Of a stretch of DNA of 64,000 nucleotides, positions 50,518-58,792 are shown in pieces. How positions within the stretch are numbered: the first letter of the stretch is position 1; the number at the start of each line of letters is the position of its first letter. The notes under the pieces are model-generated. The model saw nothing but the letters and a program-made list of their open reading frames with translations. It made no database searches and was not told where the DNA came from. The position numbers and the translations under genes are program-made. The stretch lies in NCBI GenBank assembly GCA_963664115.2, contig CAXWPJ010000002.1, positions 1,024,001 to 1,088,000 of the forward strand, given 5' to 3'. This stretch comes from Terriglobia bacterium (lineage in GTDB: Bacteria > Acidobacteriota > Terriglobia > 20CM-2-55-15).

Positions 50518-50694
50518 GCACGGTCACTACTCAGATGACCTGAGTCCTTAGACGGGATCATCCTGGGGTTGTCAGCCGGATCGTTAATCCCATCGCGGGA
50601 CTCAATATCCGACTTGCCGTTGAGAGTTTAAACGGCCATAGTGGCAGCAGTCGTCCCGCGTTTTTCCCGAATAGACGCTGTATACTGATGGCTC

Positions 50695-51567
50695 ATGGGA
50701 CGGCATCCAGATTGGTTGAAGGTTCGTATTCCGAGCGGGGAAGAGTACTTCGAGGTTCGTGACGTTCTTCGCGTCCATCGCTTGAACACTGTGTGTGAAG
50801 ACGCCCGCTGTCCCAATATAGCCGAGTGCTGGGGACAGCACCGAACGGCCACCTTCATGATCCTCGGGGATATCTGTACCCGTGCCTGTGCATACTGTGC
50901 GGTGCAGTCCGGTCAACCGGTCGGGTTGGACGAATCGGAACCCGCGCGGGTTGCTGCCGCGGTTAAGGACCTCCGGCTTAAACATGCGGTAATCACGTCG
51001 GTGGACCGTGACGATCTCGATGACGGCGGTGCTCGGATGTTTGCCGAGACCGTCCATGCCATTCGCCGTCTTGATCCGATGGTGAAAATTGAATTGCTGA
51101 CTCCGGATTTTGCGGGTTCTCTCGAGGCTCTTGAGATTGTGATGAATTCCGGCCCCGATATTTTTTCTCACAATATCGAAACGGTCGAACGTCTCTACCC
51201 TAAAGTTCGTTTCAAGTCGGATTATCGCCGGTCGTTGGGACTGTTGGCCGACGCCCGCGGTTTGGGTAGCACCAGGTTTGTGAAGACCGGCATAATGGTG
51301 GGTCTCGGAGAACGGAAGGACGAAGTGGTTGACCTCATGACCGATGCCGTTCGGGTAGGTGTGGACATTTTGACAATCGGCCAATACTTGAGGCCGACGT
51401 CGAAACACGCGGAAATTCAAAACTATTACACGCCTGCCGAATTCGATGAGTTTCGAACAATCGGCCAGGATCTGGGTATCCGATGGGTGTTTTCAGGCCC
51501 CCTGGTGCGAAGTTCTTATCATGCCGAGGACGTATTTGCCGACATGATTGCTTCGACCGCGAGCTAA
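50695..51567 (+). CDS. lipA: Lipoyl synthase
   Basis: CEDARCPNIAEC auxiliary-cluster motif, CTRACAYC radical SAM motif, RSSYHA. Confidence 0.97.
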   Translation: MGRHPDWLKVRIPSGEEYFEVRDVLRVHRLNTVCEDARCPNIAECWGQHRTATFMILGDICTRACAYCAVQSGQPVGLDESEPARVAAAVKDLRLKHAVITSVDRDDLDDGGARMFAETVHAIRRLDPMVKIELLTPDFAGSLEALEIVMNSGPDIFSHNIETVERLYPKVRFKSDYRRSLGLLADARGLGSTRFVKTGIMVGLGERKDEVVDLMTDAVRVGVDILTIGQYLRPTSKHAEIQNYYTPAEFDEFRTIGQDLGIRWVFSGPLVRSSYHAEDVFADMIASTAS

Positions 51568-51569
51568 TC

Positions 51570-51893
51570 ATGGGACTCCTATCAAAAATATTTGGTGTTG
51601 ATGCGGACTTTCTGGCCAGTCGGAGCCTGGATCCTCGCTCCGACGAGGGAGTGAGCTTCCCCGACGGTGCTGATTTCAGAACGAAAGTCGAGATCGTGCT
51701 GGATCAGGTGCGTCCGGGACTGCATGCAGATGGTGGTGATATTGAGCTCGTCGACATCATCGGGCATTCGATAAGAGTTAAACTGGTCGGTGCCTGCGAG
51801 GGATGTGCCAGTTCTTCAATTACACTGCGCCACGGAATTGAGAAGAAAATGCGCGACCGAATTCACGAATTTGAGGATTTAATTCCTTTCTAG
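51570..51893 (+). CDS. NifU/NfuA C-terminal domain Fe-S carrier
   Basis: VRPGLHADGGDIEL, GACEGC; ATG 51570 follows the lipA stop by 2 bp. Confidence 0.9.
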   Translation: MGLLSKIFGVDADFLASRSLDPRSDEGVSFPDGADFRTKVEIVLDQVRPGLHADGGDIELVDIIGHSIRVKLVGACEGCASSSITLRHGIEKKMRDRIHEFEDLIPF

Positions 51894-51950
51894 TGTTCTC
51901 GGCCCAAAATTCGTTGTTCAATCGTTCCGTCCTGATCCGGCCCGACTATC

Positions 51951-52160
51951 TTCTTAGTCCGACGCCTCGGCTACCACCTCTTTATTCTGAAAGCCGTCCA
52001 CCTGTACCGCCGGACGGGTGCGGGTCGTTTTAGGGCCGAATTCGATGTTGTGTCAATCCCTACAGGCCTCGCCATCAGGATGATGGCGAGGGTCGCCGGT
52101 CGTTCGGACAGGAAGTCTGAATGAACGACCGAGCGAAATCTTGTGGCGAAAATTTCTAAC
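51951..52160. repeat. Dispersed structured non-coding element, copy B (inverted relative to copy A)
   Basis: Reverse complement aligns with 7120-7353; stem CCTCGCCATCA/TGATGGCGAGG at 52067-52091. Confidence 0.85.
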
Positions 52161-52217
52161 TTGGGACGACAGTTCTTAAGAAGCGACGGGTGAGGAGCGG
52201 AACGGTGCTTGTTACTG

Positions 52218-52817
52218 CTAAAGTTCTCTTCTGCCTTCTAATGCCTTCGTCATCGTGACAGAGTCTGCATAGTCCAGGTCCCCGCCCACGGGAAGTCCCA
52301 TCGCCAGTCGGGTCACACGAATTCCAAGCGGCTTGATCAGTTTGGATAAGTACAACGCCGTCGTCTCTCCCTCTACGTTCGGATTTGTCGCGATGATGAT
52401 CTCCTCAACCGATCCCGACTGAAGACGCTCGATCAAAGATCGAACTGTCAGCTGGTCGGGTCCGATACCTTTCAATGGGGATATTGCGCCCATCAATACG
52501 TGATAGCGTCCGTTGAATTCGTGTGTGTTTTCGACCGAAAGAATGTTTTGGGATTCTTCGACGACACACAGGAGGTGATCTGTTCGATTGGGGTGCGTAC
52601 AGAAACGACAGGGATCGATATCGGTGAGGTTGTTGCAGGTCGTGCAATGGCGGATCGAGTGCTTCATATCTACGATGGAGCTTGCCAGTTGCTCGGCTTC
52701 AGCATCTTCCATCTTGAGGATGTGGAAGGCCATTCGCTGAGCCGACTTGGTGCCGACACCCGGGAGTTTTCTGAAGTTTTCGATGAGCCGGGTGACCGGT
52801 TCTGCAAGATTACCCAT
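52218..52817 (-). CDS. recR: Recombination mediator RecR
   Basis: LPGVGTKSAQR, C4 zinc finger, IIATNPNVEGETTA, DLDYAD. Confidence 0.97.
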   Translation of the reverse strand: MGNLAEPVTRLIENFRKLPGVGTKSAQRMAFHILKMEDAEAEQLASSIVDMKHSIRHCTTCNNLTDIDPCRFCTHPNRTDHLLCVVEESQNILSVENTHEFNGRYHVLMGAISPLKGIGPDQLTVRSLIERLQSGSVEEIIIATNPNVEGETTALYLSKLIKPLGIRVTRLAMGLPVGGDLDYADSVTMTKALEGRREL

Positions 52818-53116
52818 TAGAGCCCTGGGATGTTCAAACCGGATGCCAGATTTCCCAACTGGCCGGCCATCGCTTCGTCCACCCGACGGGCGGCTTCGTT
52901 GACTGCGGCCACGATCAGATCCTGGAGCATCTCCCGGTCTCCGCCGCTGAGTACTTCGGGATCGATTTCCACAGAAAGGAGCTGTTTATTGCCGTTCATC
53001 TTCACCGATACCATCTCGCCGCCCGCACTGGCTTCGACGACAGTTTGTTCAAGCTGCTTCTGCAACTGCTCCTGCATTTGCTGAGCCTGCTTCATCATCT
53101 GCTGCATATTCTTCAT
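52817..53116 (-). CDS. ybaB: YbaB/EbfC nucleoid-associated protein
   Basis: MMKQAQQMQ, AGGEMV, EMLQDLIVAAVN; dnaX-ybaB-recR order. Confidence 0.95.
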   Translation of the reverse strand: MKNMQQMMKQAQQMQEQLQKQLEQTVVEASAGGEMVSVKMNGNKQLLSVEIDPEVLSGGDREMLQDLIVAAVNEAARRVDEAMAGQLGNLASGLNIPGL

Positions 53117-53127
53117 CGAGTGACTCC

Positions 53128-54867
53128 TTATGGTTCATCCGGCTTCTTCGCGCTCTTCACGTGGGCGATTTCACCGCGGAAGACATCAAGGAAGGTTTGG
53201 ACGAGTGTTTCTTTCTCGACCGATTCTTTGAGTGGGCTATCCTCGTCGGTTTCTACCGGACCTTTGGAAGCCGGGCTCATTATAAGTGATACCGAGGCTG
53301 GTCTGCCCAGCAGTTCACTGGCGACAGTCTCGAGAACCTGAAAGTGTTCCGGGCTTTGGAGGGCGGTCCGGACGCTCGGGCTCGGAACCTGTATCTGGAT
53401 GAGATCCTGGTCTTGTCGAATGCTTGTTACTCCTTCGAGGTAGAGACTCGTTGTTTCCGACTTCTGTTTGATTCTCTGGCGGTACGTCTCGGCGAACGGG
53501 AGCGTTGGCGGGGGGGCCGGCCCCAGGTCAGATCGGTCCGTCCCAGGGGCGGGGCTCGACACAGCCGCACTCGCTTTCTTGCCCTCGGGAGGCGGTGCCT
53601 CGATTGCCGTCGCCTTGCGCATAGGCCGGTTTTCGCTGGCAAGTGTCGTTTTCTTTGGTGCTTCCGAAGACGAGGGTCGCCCTGGTGGCGGAGGTGCGGG
53701 CCGTTTAGCTTCGGACGTGGTTTTCGAACCCGATGGCGTCCGACCCGCGGCGAGATCTCGAATGACTTCTTCGATGTCTCGAAGTTGTCCGACCTTGGCG
53801 AGCTTGATGCATCCGATCTCGAGGTGGAATCTTGGCTCTGAAGTCCAGCGCAAATCACTCTCAAGACGCAGGAGCATGTCGCAGAATCGAATCAGGTCCT
53901 GTTCCGAAAACTGTTCGGACTGGGATGTGATTCGGTTCCGTTCCTCGCTACCGGCCAGAATCCTTTCGCCGATTTCCAGTTTCGCAAGAAGCATATCCCG
54001 AACGCGCGACAGAAGCTCCCGTACGAACTGCTGAAGGTTGAGGCCTTGATCGGCGACGGTCTGAACGACATCCAGAAGTCCCTTGGAGTTTCGTTCTATG
54101 AGTCCTTCGACCGCCTGGTCCAGGAGGTCGGATGGAATAAAACCCAACACGTCCCGCACGTCTTCATCGTTTATTTCCTGACCCCCGAACGCGATGATCT
54201 GGTCAAGCAGCGACTGCGCGTCCCGCATGCTGCCTTCGGCCGCCTTGACAACGTAATCGAGTGCGCCCTCACCTATCGTGATCCCTTCAATTTTCGCGAT
54301 TTTTCGGAGGTGCTCTAATGTTTCCTTTGGGGGAATCGTCCGAAAGACGAACTGTTGGCAGCGGGAAATAATTGTGGCGGGTAACTTGTGCCTTTCTGTC
54401 GTGGCAAGAATAAACACAATGTGTTCGGGAGGTTCTTCCAGGATCTTCAAGAGTGCGTTGAATGCCGACGTTGAGAGCATGTGGACTTCATCAACGATAT
54501 AGATCTTGAAACGATCCCTGGATGGTGCGTAGCGCGCGTTATCTCTCAGTTCCCGAATGTTGTCGACACCGGTGTTCGAAGCCGCATCGATTTCCAACAC
54601 ATCGATTGACCGACCAAGCGAGATTTCCTGACAGGAGGGACACTCGTTGCAGGGTGTCGCAGTGGGGCCTTGACCGCAGTTCAAAGCTTTGGCGAGCAGC
54701 CGGGCCGTGGTCGTTTTACCCACACCCCGGGGCCCGCAGAAAAGGTATGCGTGACCGATGCGATCCATCTCGATCGCGTTCTTGAGCGTCTGGACGATCG
54801 GCCTCTGCCCGACTACTTCTTCAAAAACCTGTGGTCTGAATTTTCGTGCGATAACTTGGTATTTCAT
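53128..54867 (-). CDS. dnaX: DNA polymerase III gamma/tau subunit
   Basis: ARKFRPQ, GPRGVGKT, EIDAASN, DEVHMLS, SRCQ. Confidence 0.97.
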   Translation of the reverse strand: MKYQVIARKFRPQVFEEVVGQRPIVQTLKNAIEMDRIGHAYLFCGPRGVGKTTTARLLAKALNCGQGPTATPCNECPSCQEISLGRSIDVLEIDAASNTGVDNIRELRDNARYAPSRDRFKIYIVDEVHMLSTSAFNALLKILEEPPEHIVFILATTERHKLPATIISRCQQFVFRTIPPKETLEHLRKIAKIEGITIGEGALDYVVKAAEGSMRDAQSLLDQIIAFGGQEINDEDVRDVLGFIPSDLLDQAVEGLIERNSKGLLDVVQTVADQGLNLQQFVRELLSRVRDMLLAKLEIGERILAGSEERNRITSQSEQFSEQDLIRFCDMLLRLESDLRWTSEPRFHLEIGCIKLAKVGQLRDIEEVIRDLAAGRTPSGSKTTSEAKRPAPPPPGRPSSSEAPKKTTLASENRPMRKATAIEAPPPEGKKASAAVSSPAPGTDRSDLGPAPPPTLPFAETYRQRIKQKSETTSLYLEGVTSIRQDQDLIQIQVPSPSVRTALQSPEHFQVLETVASELLGRPASVSLIMSPASKGPVETDEDSPLKESVEKETLVQTFLDVFRGEIAHVKSAKKPDEP

Positions 54868-54901
54868 CGGGTGTGTTGCGGTCGGTCGCGATCGTGTGGG
54901 C

Positions 54902-55007
54902 CAGGCCCGGGGGGATACTGTGTCACATCGGGTAACCCACTACCGTTGCTTCCTTCCGGATCTGGCGGGATTCGCGAGCGCCAATTGCACAGCCCCCCTT
55001 GAGCCTG
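54902..55007 (-). ncRNA. ffs: Signal recognition particle RNA (small bacterial type)
   Basis: Minus strand CGCCAGATCCGGAAGGAAGCAACGG domain IV within a long hairpin; located upstream of dnaX; ends approximate. Confidence 0.92.
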
Positions 55008-55127
55008 ATATTCCAGCGTGGAAGTTTTCCGACAGTGCCTCATTCCCTTAAATCGTTGCTACGGAAACAACGTGTGAGTTGTTGGGAATTACGACCCGTC
55101 CCGAATTTTCCAGCCCCGGGCTGCCAG

Positions 55128-55214
55128 CGGAGAGAGTGGGATTCGAACCCACGGTGAGGTTACCCCCACACACGCTTTCCAAGCGTGCTCCTTCAGCCTC
55201 TCGGACATCTCTCC
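55128..55214 (-). tRNA. tRNA-Ser(GGA), CCA not encoded
   Basis: Minus strand GGAGAGATGTCCGAG...CACGCTTGGAAAGCGTG...GGTTCGAATCCCACTCTCTCCG with long variable arm. Confidence 0.97.
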
Positions 55215-55303
55215 AAATGATTCGCAGTCAATAGGTTAGCAGATTGAGCAAGACCTCTTCAGCGTCGATTGTGTCGTGAATTGTGACATCACTCATGGTT
55301 AAC

Positions 55304-55550
55304 CTACTGAATTGACTCGGCAACCGCATCCTTTTCGGTCGCCTCAGCCCTCCGAGCGTCCAGCTCTTCAAGGGCTTCTCGTTTGGCCTGAAGCCGGACG
55401 TGAGAATAGTGCTCCAGCGTCCGGCGAGACAGGTGACCCGTAATCGACTCCATAACATGGTCAGGAACTCCCATTTCAGCGAGTTCCGTGATGATTGTAT
55501 GTCTCAAGTCATGGAACCGCAACCCTGGGGGCCAGCGGTGTCGCAGAGGC
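55304..55550 (-). pseudogene. Tyrosine recombinase/integrase C-terminal fragment
   Basis: PGLRFHDLRH, ITGH and catalytic Tyr in EHYSH; N-terminal part absent, frameshifted SLCDTAG just upstream. Confidence 0.85.
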
Positions 55551-55641
55551 TTTGCTATGCGTCGTCTTAACTTTTTACAGGCTGGGTTCGCTCAGGTCTG
55601 TGCCATTGAGAAGCGTGCCGAAGCTAACGTTGAAATCCACT

Positions 55642-55713
55642 ATGAAACTCGGACACGACGAGATCTCAACGCTCTTTAGTAAGGGTGGAATGGGTGGGGT
55701 GTGGCGTGCGCGG
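55642..55713 (+). pseudogene. Hanks-type Ser/Thr kinase N-terminal remnant
   Basis: MKLGHDEISTLFSKGGMGGVWRAR resembles kinase subdomain I (LG-x-YEI...GxGGMGEVxRAR); similarity stops before the VAIK lysine. Confidence 0.65.
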
Positions 55714-55765
55714 CGCCACCCCATCAACTCATTTCGTCTTTCTTTCAGGACTGGGCAGGGTGAGG

Positions 55766-56146
55766 CTAGCGACCTAACTGTCTGCCGTCCGGCATGATCA
55801 CGGAGTTGCTTGAGACGCGGTTCAAGGAATCGTTTCTCGCGATAGCGGCTGTGACCGTCACCACATCCCCAACCTTCAACGAACCCGGCGGCCAGCCTCG
55901 CCGGAACAGTCTGGACGGATTTGAACCCCCGGCGAGTTCCACTTCCCAATTGGTGACGTTCCCGGCCTCATCGACCACATCCATATAGAACCATATATGT
56001 GGATTATTCCACTCCACCCGCGTCACGGATCCCATGATCGTAATCGGCGGGTCCTCCGTGCGGTACACCGCGGTCCTCGAGTGGTGTGCGAATGCAGAAG
56101 CGGCGAAGCAGAAAACAAGAAAGGCGGTTTGTAAAGTCCGGAACAT
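55766..56146 (-). CDS. Exported DUF6152-like protein
   Basis: Signal peptide ending AFA-HHS, EWNNPH, W-x-x-E, GW...LKVGD; AAGGAGG RBS before ATG 56146. Confidence 0.8.
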   Translation of the reverse strand: MFRTLQTAFLVFCFAASAFAHHSRTAVYRTEDPPITIMGSVTRVEWNNPHIWFYMDVVDEAGNVTNWEVELAGGSNPSRLFRRGWPPGSLKVGDVVTVTAAIARNDSLNRVSSNSVIMPDGRQLGR

Positions 56147-56702
56147 CTGGATACCTCCTTGGCCACCCAACCATTGCGGCGGCTGATCTAGCCTAACGAA
56201 CGATGATTGCGAGATCAAATCAAAATCGGTCTTCTGGCCGAAAGGTCGCATACAAGCAATCCTGAGTATGACCTGAATGTGAGCATGGACCGTCTTGATC
56301 CTCCGCAGGGCCGATTCCGAATTTAGCCCACCTTTCTCACGAGTTATCTGCCGTAGCGCCGGCGTAGCGTCAGTAGGAGTTCCAGCTTCAGTTTGATGGT
56401 TTGTTGAAATGTGCGTGGTTGCAGCCGGCTGTTGATACTATTGGCATCATTCGCGCAGTGACCGTTCGTTTGGAGGACGTGGGGTGGCAGCCGTGGTTGT
56501 TGTTCCTGTGCTTCACATACTCAATGCTCCATGGCTCTCCGCGCTGTGATCGGATAATTGTCCAAGTCATCTCGCGGGAAGTTGAAAATTGTAAACTGGG
56601 AATAAACAGCAACCACGATGCCGCCAAACACTCCAATATTGCCGTGTTGAGGTTAAATCAGAATGCTCTGGATGTGCCGATGCCGAAGTTAGGGCCGATC
56701 AG

Positions 56703-57029
56703 ATGAGTGATTCAGAGACAAGGTCAAGTGTCCGTTTCTCGATTGGCGACCTCGTTCGACACGAGCTATTCGACTACCGTGGTGTGGTTATCGGCGTAAC
56801 TCCGCGATTCGAGGGCACCGACGAGTGGTACGAAACCGTGGCGCGTTCGAGACCGCCGAAGGATCGTCCCTGGTATCACGTATTGCCAGACGGGGCTGCA
56901 CATCAGACTTACGTGGCTGACCGCAACCTCCAACCGGATCACACTGGACGCCCTATTGAACATCCCTTGGTCAAGATGTACTTCACGCACTTCATCGGTG
57001 GGCGCCACGTTAGCGGCAGGATGAACTAG
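56703..57029 (+). CDS. hspQ: Heat shock protein HspQ (YccV-like)
   Basis: FSIGDLVRHELFDYRGVV, RPWYHVL, TYVA, IEHP. Confidence 0.9.
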   Translation: MSDSETRSSVRFSIGDLVRHELFDYRGVVIGVTPRFEGTDEWYETVARSRPPKDRPWYHVLPDGAAHQTYVADRNLQPDHTGRPIEHPLVKMYFTHFIGGRHVSGRMN

Positions 57030-57060
57030 CGCCAGATTCAACCCACTCTCCGATTACAAC

Positions 57061-58587
57061 TTACGACCGCAACGCGGCGCGCGTCCTCTCGACCAAGGAA
57101 TTGTCTTGATCGCCACTGCCCCTGAGAAAGAAAGCGCTTGTTGCCAGAAACTGGTCACGCCATCGAGGGCTGACGTTAAAATAATCTTCCAGCACCGCAG
57201 CACTGAACTTGTAATCGTGAGCGTTGCTCCCCTTCAAAAAGATCAATCGCCGCGCAGCGTTCATCAGATTCCGCACGTCACCGCCGTCATTCAAGTAGCC
57301 GCGAACTTTTCTCGCTGCATTCATCCGGTCTGTGCTCATATCGCTGAAAATTTCTTCGATCGCCCCAGAGGATTCCGTGATCGCCAGCGGTTACACGTCA
57401 TCGATTGCAATATCGGGAAGCGTTCCCCTTAGGGTCTCCCGGAACATTGGCAGGAAGGCGCAGTTTTGAAGGAGGAGACGCTTTCTCGTGTTTTCATCGC
57501 CGCAGGCCTGGAAGGCATAGCGCAGAGCGTTCGTGGAAGTTACCGCGTGTACCGCGACGATTCCCGGCTGTCGCATCATCAGTTCACCGGCGCCGACAAA
57601 GAGTGCATCCCAGACGGACTGCGGCGATTCACCGCGTCCGATCAGCTCCGCCGCCATGTCGCATGCGTCGTCGTTGGATCCCTCATGGAGAACGGCCAGC
57701 ATTGCGCCAGTCGCACCCTCATCGAGTCTTCCACTCATCCACTCCGATCCCAATCCAGCGGCTAACTCCTGGTTTCGCCGCCAGGGTCGGTCGGCTGCAT
57801 CGTCACTGAGGGCCGGGGTGGTGTCCGGGAGATCGTGGGACAAAAGGGCAAAGGCCAACGAGCGTAAGACCGGCTCAGCATGTTGCCAGCCGATGAACTG
57901 GAGGGTCCGCCAACTGTTGGCCACGAAAATTGCTTTGTGGCCAATCGAGCGAAAATCACGGCTCCCGAAACGGTAGAAGAGGTCATAGATCTCGTTGGCC
58001 CCTGCCGATCGCGCGAGCCCGGCTACGGCGCCATCTGCCATTTCTTCATCCCAGCTCTCCATCGCCTCGACGAAGGCTTCCTTCGCCCGGTGCGCGGGGG
58101 GCACGGTGTTTTCGTCGACCGGTGCCATGCGCCAGCCGGTCTGGTTCTGTTCCTCCGCCTGAGAATCCTTGAACTCATCGAGGGCCCAGAATACGGGCAA
58201 CCAGCGATCGCTATCCGGCGAGGCGAGGCTTGCCATATGCGCTGCGTTCACCACCAGGACTGCATGGAACTTGAATCCCACGCCGGGACGCGGCTTCAGA
58301 TTGCGGATGGCCGCAAGAAACAAGGCCGTCACCACCTGCTGGTAGCTCACTCCTTGGTGAATTCGCTGAGCCACCTGTTCCAAGAGATCCGACCTCGGAG
58401 TGTCCTCGATCAAGCGGACCAGTGGCTCGATGCCGTCGTCGAGTTTCACCAGAGTTGGGTCCAGGGTCGCCTCCTGGGCGGAGACCGGTGGCAGTTTCGC
58501 AAGAAACGTCAAACTCCCAATACCCATTGCGGTTCCACCGACGCTCGCAAACTTCAAAAACTGTCGACGTGTGGTTCTTTCTGCCAT
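57061..58587 (-). pseudogene. Tat-exported hypothetical protein interrupted by one in-frame TAA
   Basis: TRRQFLK twin-arginine motif; ORFs 57391-58599 and 57061-57339 share a frame and read ...DDV*PLAITESSGAIEEIFSDMSTDR... across the stop at 57391-57393. Confidence 0.75.
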
Positions 58588-58792
58588 AGATCCCTCCAAC
58601 AGTTGAAGGTTGGTCGAATTGGTTCGACAAACGGAATGAATTGTTTGGTTAGCTGTCGTGATCTTAGCCCGAATCGCTGATTTGGGAAACCTTGGAATTG
58701 CAGTTCCAACAATCCCAGAAATCCCAGGTAGTTTTGACTCTATATATACATGCCTTGTTGCTCGGGTTCGGCAGGCGTTGACCGCGGCTCTC

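Noticed and set aside
53128-54867. Programmed frameshift in dnaX
   Set aside because: I did not see an A-AAA-AAG slippery site or long A run on the coding strand.
56388-56706. Short ORFs upstream of hspQ
   Set aside because: No family features on either strand; cannot be supported as genes.
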